Shown: positions 1 to 8,895 of the stretch, piece after piece | Layout: the number at the start of each line of letters is the position of its first letter | How positions within the stretch are numbered: the stretch's first letter is position 1 | From: Candidatus Multivorans sp. | GTDB lineage: Bacteria; Acidobacteriota; Thermoanaerobaculia; Multivoradales; Multivoraceae | Length of the DNA stretch: 64,000 nucleotides | Assembly (NCBI GenBank): GCA_965224025.1 | Contig: OZ245033.1 | Coordinates: 2,176,001 to 2,240,000, forward strand | Direction of reading: 5' to 3' | The notes under the pieces: model-generated | Database searches by the model: none | Told to the model about the DNA's origin: nothing | Seen by the model: the letters and a program-made list of their open reading frames with translations, nothing else | Position numbers and translations under genes: made by a program

Positions 1-2
1 AT

Positions 3-593
3 GTGCTGCGGGTGGATCGACTGGTGGCGCAACTGGAGTTGGCCCACGGCCACGACCTGGGCGGCATCGCCCTCATCCTGATCGCGACCGAGACCGCCGG
101 CGGCGCGCTGAACCTCGCCCACCTGACCGCGACCACTCGGGTGTCGGCGCTGACCTGGGGCGCGGAGGATCTGTCGGTATCGATCGGCGCCAGTCGTCGC
201 CGGGACGAGCGCGGCGAGTACCTCGACGTGTTCCGCTACTGCCGGTCGATGACCCTGCTCGCGGCGCGAGCCGGCGGCGCCCAGCCGATCGACAGCGTCT
301 TCGTCGACATCGGCGACCTGGACGGTTTGCGCCAGGACTGCCAGCGCGCGGCGTGGATGGGCTTCGAAGGCAAGATGACGATCCACCCGAACCAGATCCC
401 GATCGTCAACGAGGTCTTCACGCCGAGCGAGGCGGAGATCGCTGCCGCCGCCGCTCTGGTTGCCGCGTTCGCCCAGAACCAGGCCCAGGGCCGGATGGCG
501 TTCCGCCACGAGGGCCAGATGGTCGACGCTCCGCACCTGCACCGGGCGGAGCGGGTGCTCGACCGCGCCCGCCAGGCCGGTGCGATCAGCTAG
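3..593 (+). CDS. HpcH/HpaI aldolase / citrate lyase beta (CitE-like) CoA-ester lyase, 5'-partial
   Basis: Motifs WGAEDL, GFEGKMTIHPNQI, FTPS and GQMVDAPH are typical of the CitE/malyl-CoA lyase family. The gene begins upstream of the window. Confidence 0.85.
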   Translation: MLRVDRLVAQLELAHGHDLGGIALILIATETAGGALNLAHLTATTRVSALTWGAEDLSVSIGASRRRDERGEYLDVFRYCRSMTLLAARAGGAQPIDSVFVDIGDLDGLRQDCQRAAWMGFEGKMTIHPNQIPIVNEVFTPSEAEIAAAAALVAAFAQNQAQGRMAFRHEGQMVDAPHLHRAERVLDRARQAGAIS

Positions 594-607
594 CCGGCAC
601 TACTGAG

Positions 608-2932
608 GTGAAGTGGCGGGCATTCGCGGTGGTGTTGCCAGTCGCTGGCTTCCTGATCGTGGCATGTGGCCCGACTCCGGAACCGGTCGAGGTACTCGAT
701 CTCGTATCGGAGTTCCGCTACGCCGAAGTCGATTGGGAGCGTCCGCTGATCGACTTGGGAACTCCCTCAGCGGCCGCTTCCCTGGTCGGCGGTTGGTCCT
801 GGAACGAAACCGATCCGCGAGGGGACACCTTCGTTTGGGCCGTCGGGCCGCGTTCCGAGGTCGGAGTGTTTCTGGCCTGGACACGGGATCTGGAGGTGCG
901 TATGCGGTGCCGCGCGTTCAGCTATCCGGGCGCGCCGCCGCAGGTCCTCGGCGTTTTCTGGGACGACGTGGAGATCGCGTCCCTGGAGCTCGAGGCCGGC
1001 TTCATGGAGCACAGCTTCGTCGTGCCGGCGGACCGGGCGACTCCCGGCAGTCACCGGCTTTCCTTCGTGCCGGCGTACTTCGGGCGGCCGGAAGGGACGA
1101 GAGAAGCGGGCCAGGCGCCGAAGCACCCCAGAAGACTCTCCTTCGCGTGCGACTGGATTGCTCTGGGAGACGGGCCCGATTCCGGTCAGGCGCGCGGGGA
1201 GTGCGAAACGCTCTGGATCCCGGCGGCCAGTGAGGTTTCCTTCTTCCTGGAACCTGAGCAGGACCTCGAGTTGCGGTGGGAAGGCATTGCGCCCAGGGGT
1301 GTCGGCAGCGTGGATGTGGTGTGGGAGGTCGAGGGCACCGCGCCAGTAGCCGGTTCCATCGCCCAGGAGTCCGATCCGCCTCTGCGCCTACCCTTGCCGC
1401 TCCTGGGAGAACAGGCGGCGAGCGCGGCCGCCGACGGTTGGCTCGCCTCCGTTCGACCGGCGCGGCTGACGCTGCGCGCGGCTGGGGGCGCGGCCGCTTC
1501 CGGTGGGGAGGAGGCGGGGGTTGTCCTGCGTCGGCCGCGGCTGACCGCGGACGAGCGCGGGTTGTCGCTGCCGGATGGGGCTGCGGAGCAGCGTTCATTC
1601 AACGCCCCGGTGGCCTCAGAGCCGGCTTCTCTTGTTGGCGAACGCCGGCGCGAGTCCATCCTGCTTTGGATCGTCGACACACTGCGAGTCGACCGGCTCG
1701 GCTTCCATGGCCACGAAGGAACGGTGTCGCCGAATTTCGACGCCCTGGCGGAGCGTTCCACAGTGTTCGAACGGGCGATCGCGCAATCCTCGTGGACCCG
1801 GCCGACCGTCGCCACCCTGCTCACGGGCGTGGGGCCGGAACGCCACGGCATCCGGGAGCTGAGCCATGGCATGGAGGAGTCCTTCGCCACCCTGCCGGAG
1901 CGGTTGCGGGAACTCGGCTACGCCACCGCGGGCTTCTCGGCGAACGCGAACGTGACCGCCGATACCGGGTTCGCGCAGGGGTTCGACCGCTTCGAGTACG
2001 CCGCGGTCGATGCCGACGAGCTCGCCCGCCAGGCACTTGCCTGGCTGGACGAACTGACCGTCCGCTCGCCCGAGCAACCGTTCTTTCTGATGATCCTGAG
2101 CGTCGAACCGCACGCCTCCTTCGCACCGGCGGAGCCGTTCCGCAGCCGGTTCGCGGCGGCAGTCGACGATCCCGAGCTGGGCTCGGTGGACCACATGAGA
2201 GCACTGAGCAGCAAGAAGGCGCCTTCGTCACCAGAGGTGGTGGAGAAGCTGTTCCTTCTCTACGACGCGGAGATCGCCTGGAACGATCACGTCTTCGGCG
2301 AGCTCCAACACGAACGGGACCGGCGGGGCCGAGATCCCCTCATCGCCGTCGTTGCCGACCACGGCGAGGCGTTCGAGGAGCGCGGCGTTTTCGGCCACGC
2401 GTGGGACCTTCACCGCGAAGTGCTGGACATCCCCTTCCTGATCCACTTGCCGGGGCAGACAGAAGGTCGCCGTGTAGTGCTGCCCGTCCAGCAGGCGGAC
2501 CTCCTGCCGACTCTGATCGAGATCGCGGGCGGTGACCCCGGGCCGGGCATCGAGGGTGACAGTCTGGCGCGCCTGCTTGACGGCGGGGCCGAAGACGTCG
2601 GCCTCCCGGCCAGGCAAGTGCTCGCCGACCGCCTGCTGCTCTCGACCATGGACACGTTCCGGCGTCCCGCGGCTTCCCTCGTCCGCGGCCGCTACAAGCT
2701 GATCGAGCGGCGCCGGCCCGGACACGCGCCGGCCCGGCAACTGTTCGACCGGGTGGACGACCCCGAAGAGCGTCGCGACCTGGCCGCCGAGCGGCCGATA
2801 CTGGCGGGCCGCCTGGCCCGGCTGCTGCGGGAACAGGTGGAGCTTTCGCGGCTCGACGCGGTGCCGGCGCCGGAAGTCGAGGTGGACGAGGAAACCCGCC
2901 GCCGACTCCGGGCCCTCGGCTACATCGAGTAG
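608..2932 (+). CDS. Sulfatase/alkaline-phosphatase-superfamily protein with N-terminal lipobox and accessory domain
   Basis: Within ORF 353..2932; likely start GTG at 608, followed by a signal peptide ending IVAC. Motifs IVDTLRVD, SSWTRPTVATLLTG, ADHGE, GHAWDL and C-terminal LRALGY. Confidence 0.8.
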   Translation: MKWRAFAVVLPVAGFLIVACGPTPEPVEVLDLVSEFRYAEVDWERPLIDLGTPSAAASLVGGWSWNETDPRGDTFVWAVGPRSEVGVFLAWTRDLEVRMRCRAFSYPGAPPQVLGVFWDDVEIASLELEAGFMEHSFVVPADRATPGSHRLSFVPAYFGRPEGTREAGQAPKHPRRLSFACDWIALGDGPDSGQARGECETLWIPAASEVSFFLEPEQDLELRWEGIAPRGVGSVDVVWEVEGTAPVAGSIAQESDPPLRLPLPLLGEQAASAAADGWLASVRPARLTLRAAGGAAASGGEEAGVVLRRPRLTADERGLSLPDGAAEQRSFNAPVASEPASLVGERRRESILLWIVDTLRVDRLGFHGHEGTVSPNFDALAERSTVFERAIAQSSWTRPTVATLLTGVGPERHGIRELSHGMEESFATLPERLRELGYATAGFSANANVTADTGFAQGFDRFEYAAVDADELARQALAWLDELTVRSPEQPFFLMILSVEPHASFAPAEPFRSRFAAAVDDPELGSVDHMRALSSKKAPSSPEVVEKLFLLYDAEIAWNDHVFGELQHERDRRGRDPLIAVVADHGEAFEERGVFGHAWDLHREVLDIPFLIHLPGQTEGRRVVLPVQQADLLPTLIEIAGGDPGPGIEGDSLARLLDGGAEDVGLPARQVLADRLLLSTMDTFRRPAASLVRGRYKLIERRRPGHAPARQLFDRVDDPEERRDLAAERPILAGRLARLLREQVELSRLDAVPAPEVEVDEETRRRLRALGYIE

Positions 2933-3036
2933 GTGTCGGTCAACCGAACCACACGCGGGCATTCGCTGCCGGAATCCGTCCATGTCGGTATGCGGGGCGA
3001 CGGGAGCGCCCGCAACGACCCACGGAGTTCCCGACG

Positions 3037-3457
3037 ATGTCTCAGCCGATACAGTCGTTCCCATGAACGACGCGCGGCCGCATCCCGACTGGAACGCGCT
3101 GGACTCGAGCCGGCGATGGCGGCGGCGGTGATCGGGGAGATCCACGAGGGCGAGTCCCGGTTGGCGACGGCGGACCAGGTCGCGAAGATCGAGATTGCCC
3201 TTGCCCGCCTTCAAGGCGACCTTCGGGCGGTGGAGAGCGGTCTGCGCGAGGTCGAGGCTCGCCTGGGCGGCCGGATCGACGTACTGGCCGCTGAGATGGA
3301 ATCGACGAGGACCAGCTTCGACGCCCGGTTCGAAGCGTTCGACAGGCGTATGGACGAGGGCTTCGGCGCGCTGAGGCGGGAGAACCGTCTGCTGTTCCTG
3401 TTCTTCTCCACGATGCTGGGGCTGCTGATGGTTCTCTTCCGTTTCGGCGTTCTCTGA
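3037..3457 (+). CDS. DUF1640/CCDC90-like coiled-coil protein with C-terminal membrane anchor; 5' end possibly frameshifted
   Basis: AAASRLERAG...LATADQV, then a coiled coil and a hydrophobic tail (ORF 2933..3457). GGAG plus ATG at 3037 gives MSQPIQSFP-stop in a different frame, so the true start is uncertain. Confidence 0.6.
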
Positions 3458-3810
3458 GAGTTGCCCCCCTGAGCAGCGGCGCGGATGTCCCGCGGTGCGA
3501 GACGCGCGAGGGCACGGACGCCGGCCGGCGGCTCACTCCCTCGTCCGCTCGATCAAGCGCCCGGTAGCGGTAGCGGACCAGCGTCGCGCTCACGAACCGC
3601 TACGCTGACTCTTGGCGCCATGCGCCGAGCATAGTGGAGAGGACTCGCGATCCAGCGGCGCCGCGCTGTCCACGCCCTCGCCGCCGGACAGGAAGGCCCG
3701 GTACCTCATCCTGCGTCCCCCATCGTCACGACCATGCCCCGGTCTAGCCCGACACAGACGACTCACGATCATCTCTCATTGGATAGACGACTACCGCTCA
3801 CAATCACTTC

Positions 3811-3846
3811 CTACTGGACAGTTATTGGGACAGCTATTGGACAGCT
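3811..3846. promoter_or_regulatory. Three phased direct repeats (GGACAG core) immediately upstream of a -35 box
   Basis: CTACTGGACAG / TTATTGGGACAG / CTATTGGACAG; GGACAG at 3816, 3828 and 3839 (12 and 11 bp spacing). Confidence 0.55.
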
Positions 3847-3853
3847 CTCGGCC

Positions 3854-3882
3854 TTGACAGACCGGTAAGCCGAAGCTAACGT
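3854..3882 (+). promoter_or_regulatory. Sigma70-type promoter
   Basis: TTGACA (3854-3859), 17-bp spacer, TAACGT (3877-3882). SD AAGGAGG at 3935-3941 precedes ATG 3949. Confidence 0.75.
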
Positions 3883-3888
3883 GTTTCT

Positions 3889-3938
3889 GTTCCCGCAACC
3901 AGGGGTTCCCCGCAACCAGGGGTTCCCCGCAACCAAGG
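3889..3938 (+). repeat. 17-bp tandem repeat x3 in the predicted 5' UTR
   Basis: GTTCCC-GCAACCAGGG / GTTCCCCGCAACCAGGG / GTTCCCCGCAACCAAGG, with no spacers. The last copy runs into the SD. Confidence 0.9.
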
Positions 3939-3948
3939 AGGAATCCTG

Positions 3949-4290
3949 ATGAGTAACAAGATCATACTTGGTGTGTTGTTGCTGGTCTTGTTCGGATCCG
4001 TCGGTTGCGACAGCAACCAGTGCGCCTTGGGCGTGAGGGGTGCTATGCAATGCTCAGGCTACACGTCCAGCGGCGACTTCTACTATCTGGAGTACAACGA
4101 GGACGAAGGCTGGTTTTACGGCTCCCTTTGGTGTGGTGGCCCGCCCGAACCCGGAAGAGGCCCAGACTTTACGTGTGGGGGAGACCGAGGGGCGCAAGGC
4201 CAAGGTGACGACCTCGTCTGTGTCAGTCATGGGCCCTCACCTGGGGTGCCTGGCTATGAAATTCCGCAGGATCGGGTGTCCTGCTCATAG
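3949..4290 (+). CDS. Small Cys-rich putative lipoprotein, unknown function
   Basis: Strong SD and promoter, signal peptide with lipobox SVGC, and six further Cys in 113 aa. Confidence 0.75.
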   Translation: MSNKIILGVLLLVLFGSVGCDSNQCALGVRGAMQCSGYTSSGDFYYLEYNEDEGWFYGSLWCGGPPEPGRGPDFTCGGDRGAQGQGDDLVCVSHGPSPGVPGYEIPQDRVSCS

Positions 4291-4301
4291 GCGACGTTTC
4301 C

Positions 4302-7300
4302 GTGGCCGTGCTCGGTTGTGGGCGCCGTGAGTGGCCGGGACGAGTGCGTTCGAACAGTTTCGGGCTCCTTGTCGGGCTGTTCTTCGTAGTCGTACTTGTT
4401 CCAGGCGTGCTCAAGTCTCGGCAAGCTGGCCCCGAGTTCTCGTTGAGACTTGGGAGTCCAGGGAATGAGGTGTCCGGGGCGGGATTCGCACGTATACATC
4501 TCTATCCAGTCTGCGGGTCGTTCGAATGCGGAACGAACTGGCTCGAAGGAATACCGAGGCCGCAACCGAGGTGGAGCGCTGGCCTGGCTGGTGCCGGGCG
4601 ATTCCGACCATTCGGCGACGAGAGTGAAGCAGCCCTCGAAGCCTCACAGAAGGACTGGTGGGTGGTGGTCGAGGCCGGGTCGCTGCCAGTCGCTTGGTTG
4701 TGGCGGCCGGGCACGGGTGCCGGCGATCTCCCACCGGTGTCTCGGATGGCCGGGCGAAGCTGCACTGTGACGGTCCTCTCTCAAGAGGATGGGGTACCGA
4801 TACCCGGCGCCATCGTCGCGCCCTTGCACAGGCGGCGCGATGTCGGTGAGGAGTTCTACTCGGCGACCGGCACTTGGCGTGGGTGGCTGGAACCTGCCGT
4901 CAGTTCACAAAGCGGCCGTGCCGTGCTTCAGGTTCCTGCCGAAGGCACGACGGCAGTTCGCGCCGGTGCGAAGGGGTTTCGTTCGGGCGAGGCACTCTGT
5001 GGACAGGCAGAAGCGTCTGGCGGCTCAGTCGCCACGGTGCGCCTGCGCCGCAGGGACGCAACGCGCGAGTTTCGGCTCACCGGGCGGAACGGGGGTCTTC
5101 TCGCGGATGCTCTCGTCAGAGACGAGTTCGGTTGGCCGGTAGCGCTTGGCGACGTGGCTGGAAACGTGCTTCTGAGTGGTAACAGTTCCGGTTGGTGGGT
5201 CGAGACGAAGAGTGGCGAGATCTACTTCGGCCACCCGCCCGAGGAGGCGGCTTCGGGCACGATCCGTTTGCAGCCCGTTTCGGAGCGTGTAGAAGGAACG
5301 GTCGTGTTTCACGCCGGACGGAACCTGCGGCCTGAACGACCCCCGGAGCCGACCAGGATCCCATCGGTGGAATTCTGGCTCGATCCCCCCGAGAGGGAAT
5401 GGTCGGCTCTTCACGTCAACTTGGCCGCCTTGCGCCGGCGAGCTTCGGACGGGGAATTCGATCTCGACACGCTGCGCGACGACAGGGTCTGGTTCACGGC
5501 GGCGGGCCGTGGGTACGAGCGGTGTTCGAACAGCGACCTTGCTGCGCGCAACTGCCCGGAGATGAAGCCGGCACTGCCGATAAACGGCCGTGTCGTCGAT
5601 GACCGGGGTCGGGCGCTGGCAAGCGTCGAAGTCGAACTCGCACGAAGGAGGTCTCGGCGGAACGGTCCGCCGCTGCGCCAGTTCCTGCGCACTCGCGCGG
5701 ACGGCCGTTTCGTGAGCGACCGCCTGCCGGCCCCGGAGGGCCTTCTTGACTACATCAAGGTCGCCATCAGGCACCCTGGCTTCCTGCCCCTCGAGTCGGG
5801 AATCTCCAAGTACCGCACGGAACAGGACGAGTACATCATCGAGCTGCAACGGGGCGTGATCGTGACGGGGAGCGTCTTCGACCGCCAGACCGGTCAAGCG
5901 GTTGCAGGTGCGGAGGTCGCCCTAGGACGGTTCAGCGTGCAGGGTACGGTGATGAGCTTGAACGCGCTTTCTGCTCTGCGCCTGGGGAGGAACTACACGG
6001 GGCGCACCGACGGTGAAGGGAGGTTCGCCGTTCGTTCGCCGCCGGGACGGCATGACCTGGCTGTCCGCACGCCCGAATATGCCTTTCGGCTTGTACGCGG
6101 CGTCGATGTGGCGGCGGTCGAGACGCTCGATCTGGGCTCGGTTCTTCTTGAACCGGGTCTTGTTCTCAGGGGCCGGGTCGTCGACGACACGTCGAGGCCA
6201 ATCGCTGGCGCGTACGTCGGTGCCATCGCTCAGCGGACGCCGGATGCTCTTGGCCGCAATCCGATGGTCGACTACGGCGACGCGATTCAGTTGACTACGG
6301 ACAGCGAGGGTCTCTTCAGCGTCCCGGGACTGCCTCCCTACGTCCGGCTCGACGTCACGGTAGCCGCGGCTGGCTTTGCTGCCCGAACGCTCCGCGGTTT
6401 GACGCCCGGCGCGGAGCCGGTCGAAGTCCAGCTCGGCCCCGGCGCCGTTCTGACGGGGAGATTGACCCGCGGCGGCGAACCCGTCGGCGGTTCCTTCGAA
6501 CTGTTCGGAACGGCCAGTCGCGGATTCAGGGATCCCTTGACTCGCGACCCGGGCTATGTGACTTCCGGGCCCATCGCGAGCGACGGGGCTTTCGAGGTCG
6601 CGCACTTGGCGGCAGGGCGCTATCGGCTGCTTGTGCGATCCGTGGACGGCCGGGAGAAACGAGCGATTGTAGAGCTGGATGCGGGCGACGAACGCCGCCT
6701 TGAGCTGGATCTCGACTCGCGTTCCGGGAGAGTCGTAGGCCGTGTGGTGGATCGCCGGATTGGTTTGCCCGGCGCAACGGTCCGCTTGAACCGGACGCTG
6801 GCGACCGTGACCGACGCGACGGGTCACTTTGTCTTCGACGACGTGTCCGCTGGGACGGCCGTCCTGGAAGCCGACCTCGGAAACGGTGAGGCGGTACGGA
6901 CCAGGACGGTGCGTGTTCGAGGCGGGGAAACCCGCGTGACCCTCGATTTTTGCCGTTACGAGATCAGCGGCCGGGCGCTTCTTCCGAGAAGGGCTCGCGG
7001 CGCTGGCGACCTGCGCTTGATGTTCTGGTCCTCAGATTCACCGGGAGCCGAGAGTACAACCGCAACGCCGAACGCCGGAGGGTACTTTGGCGTGCGGTTG
7101 AGGAGCGGCGAGTACGATGTCGGCGGCAGGTTCAACGGTCGTCGCGTCTTTGCTCCGAAGAAACTCCGGGTCAGCGGAGACGCGGCGGATGTCAACCTTC
7201 GTCTTCGCTTCGTCCCGTCCGGGCGGATAGTCGGTCGAGTCCACGGCCTTGCAGAGGACGAGTTGGCGACGCTTCGCGTCGAGGCCGTGAACCATGCGCT

Positions 7301-7961
7301 GACCAGTCGGGCGGCGGAAGTGAATGCGGACGGCACGTTCTCGATCGAGCGGGTTGCCGAGGGAGAGTGGACCGTGGTGGGAGTAGTCGGCTCGTCGAGC
7401 AGGCGGGCGACCCGAGGTGCCGACGTCCAAGCTGGCGAAGCCCGGGTTGATCTCATCTTCGAGGGCGCCCACGCGGTCAGCGGGATCGTGCGCCTTGACG
7501 ACGTACCGTGGTCCGGGGCACAGGTGCTGATCATGCCCGAAGGAAGGCGCGAGGGAGCACGTCGACAGTTCACGGGCCATGATGGCTCCTTCATGTTCCG
7601 TGACGTCGAGTCCGGAGGCCACTTCATCGCTGCCGGAGCGGAAGTGAGGCCGCTACGGGTCGACGGCGACGAGTGGGTCGAACTTCGCCTGGAGAGCGGC
7701 AGAGTTCTGGGTCTGGTCCTGGGGGCGACGACCGGTCTTCCCGAGGCCGAAGTGATCGTCGCGATGTGGCCTGCCGCGGCAACGCGAAGTCAGTCGGATG
7801 CGATCGGTGCGACCCGCACTTCGTGGACGAATGATCTGGGATATTCCGTCTTCGAGAGCGTGCCGTCCGGCGACTGGGTGCTGGAAGTCGTGGGGCGGCC
7901 AGGCACTCGACAGAGACTCAAGGTTGAACCGGGCCGCGACATCGCGGTGACAGTGCGGTAG
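4302..7961 (+). CDS. Large membrane-anchored protein with multiple carboxypeptidase-regulatory-like (CarboxypepD_reg/Cna-B-like) beta-sandwich repeats
   Basis: 1219-aa ORF with an N-terminal hydrophobic segment and recurring GRVVD..G.P..GA.V / TD.EG.F motifs. Exact start uncertain. Confidence 0.75.
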   Translation: MAVLGCGRREWPGRVRSNSFGLLVGLFFVVVLVPGVLKSRQAGPEFSLRLGSPGNEVSGAGFARIHLYPVCGSFECGTNWLEGIPRPQPRWSAGLAGAGRFRPFGDESEAALEASQKDWWVVVEAGSLPVAWLWRPGTGAGDLPPVSRMAGRSCTVTVLSQEDGVPIPGAIVAPLHRRRDVGEEFYSATGTWRGWLEPAVSSQSGRAVLQVPAEGTTAVRAGAKGFRSGEALCGQAEASGGSVATVRLRRRDATREFRLTGRNGGLLADALVRDEFGWPVALGDVAGNVLLSGNSSGWWVETKSGEIYFGHPPEEAASGTIRLQPVSERVEGTVVFHAGRNLRPERPPEPTRIPSVEFWLDPPEREWSALHVNLAALRRRASDGEFDLDTLRDDRVWFTAAGRGYERCSNSDLAARNCPEMKPALPINGRVVDDRGRALASVEVELARRRSRRNGPPLRQFLRTRADGRFVSDRLPAPEGLLDYIKVAIRHPGFLPLESGISKYRTEQDEYIIELQRGVIVTGSVFDRQTGQAVAGAEVALGRFSVQGTVMSLNALSALRLGRNYTGRTDGEGRFAVRSPPGRHDLAVRTPEYAFRLVRGVDVAAVETLDLGSVLLEPGLVLRGRVVDDTSRPIAGAYVGAIAQRTPDALGRNPMVDYGDAIQLTTDSEGLFSVPGLPPYVRLDVTVAAAGFAARTLRGLTPGAEPVEVQLGPGAVLTGRLTRGGEPVGGSFELFGTASRGFRDPLTRDPGYVTSGPIASDGAFEVAHLAAGRYRLLVRSVDGREKRAIVELDAGDERRLELDLDSRSGRVVGRVVDRRIGLPGATVRLNRTLATVTDATGHFVFDDVSAGTAVLEADLGNGEAVRTRTVRVRGGETRVTLDFCRYEISGRALLPRRARGAGDLRLMFWSSDSPGAESTTATPNAGGYFGVRLRSGEYDVGGRFNGRRVFAPKKLRVSGDAADVNLRLRFVPSGRIVGRVHGLAEDELATLRVEAVNHALTSRAAEVNADGTFSIERVAEGEWTVVGVVGSSSRRATRGADVQAGEARVDLIFEGAHAVSGIVRLDDVPWSGAQVLIMPEGRREGARRQFTGHDGSFMFRDVESGGHFIAAGAEVRPLRVDGDEWVELRLESGRVLGLVLGATTGLPEAEVIVAMWPAAATRSQSDAIGATRTSWTNDLGYSVFESVPSGDWVLEVVGRPGTRQRLKVEPGRDIAVTVR

Positions 7962-8031
7962 TTCTCGAGGCGCCGGGTCGGTCGAAGCGGGATTGCGGCG
8001 TCGGTCGGTCGGAGGTCCGGGAGTTGCCCGT

Positions 8032-8040
8032 TGCTATAGT
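8032..8040 (+). promoter_or_regulatory. Extended -10 promoter element
   Basis: TG-C-TATAGT just upstream of the LolA-like gene. Confidence 0.4.
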
Positions 8041-8062
8041 CGTTGCTCGCGTGAACGAGCTC

Positions 8063-8815
8063 ATGAGCCGCACTTGTGCCGCGTTGACGGTCGCCCTGCT
8101 CCTCACCGCCGCCGGCGCGGCTGCTCAGCCGGAGGACCCGCCGCTCGAGGTTCTGATGCTCGCCACCGACGACGCGATGCGCGGCGACTCCAGCGAGAGC
8201 CGGATCACGATGCGGATCCGGACCGAGCGTTGGCAGCGGGAGTTGCGGCTCCACGTCGTCTCTGAGGGCAGCGAGAAGGCGCTGGTGCGGATCGAAGCGC
8301 CGGCCAAGGAGCGGGGCACGGCAACGCTCAAGGTCGAGCAGAACATCTGGAACTACCTGCCGAAGGTCGACCGGACGATCAAGGTGCCGGCGTCGATGAT
8401 GCAGGCGGCGTGGATGGGCAGCCACTTCACGAACGACGACCTGGTGCATGAGTCCCGCTACAGCGAGGACTTCGAGTGCGCCTACCGGGAGCGGCCGGCG
8501 GACGAGTCGGGCCATTGGGTCGTGCGCTGCGTGCCGCTGCCGGATGCCCCCGTCGTGTGGGGCGCGATCGACGCCCGGTTTCGGGCGCGGGATTTTCTGC
8601 TCGACCAGGCGGAGTACTTCGACGAGCGCCAACGGCTTGTGCGCACGATTCGTTACGAGGACTTCGGTCCCCTGGGCGGCAGGACGCTGCCGCGTCGGAT
8701 GCGGGTGATCCCTGCGGACGAAGCCTCTGAGTTCACCGAAATCGTCTACGAGGAGCACGCGTTCGACATCGATCTGCCGCCGGGTACGTTCTCGTTGCAG
8801 TCGTTGCGGCGGTGA
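8063..8815 (+). CDS. Outer-membrane lipoprotein-sorting (LolA-like) protein
   Basis: Signal peptide; motifs APAKERGTATLK, IWNYLPKVDR, WMGSHFTNDDL and C-terminal FSLQSLRR. ORF 8024..8815, start ATG 8063 preferred. Confidence 0.8.
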   Translation: MSRTCAALTVALLLTAAGAAAQPEDPPLEVLMLATDDAMRGDSSESRITMRIRTERWQRELRLHVVSEGSEKALVRIEAPAKERGTATLKVEQNIWNYLPKVDRTIKVPASMMQAAWMGSHFTNDDLVHESRYSEDFECAYRERPADESGHWVVRCVPLPDAPVVWGAIDARFRARDFLLDQAEYFDERQRLVRTIRYEDFGPLGGRTLPRRMRVIPADEASEFTEIVYEEHAFDIDLPPGTFSLQSLRR

Positions 8816-8895
8816 CTTCAGCACGAGGCGTGGCGGGATGAAGATGGAGTCGCGCCACCTCGATCGAGAGGACTGCTGGTGATTCCAGACGCTGC

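Noticed and set aside
353-607. N-terminal extension of the sulfatase-like ORF
   Set aside because: It overlaps the lyase gene in another frame; the signal peptide starts at GTG 608.
3889-3938. Resemblance of GTTCCCCGC..GGGG to type I-E CRISPR repeats
   Set aside because: The units are 17 bp and directly abutting, with no spacers, and there are no cas genes in the window.
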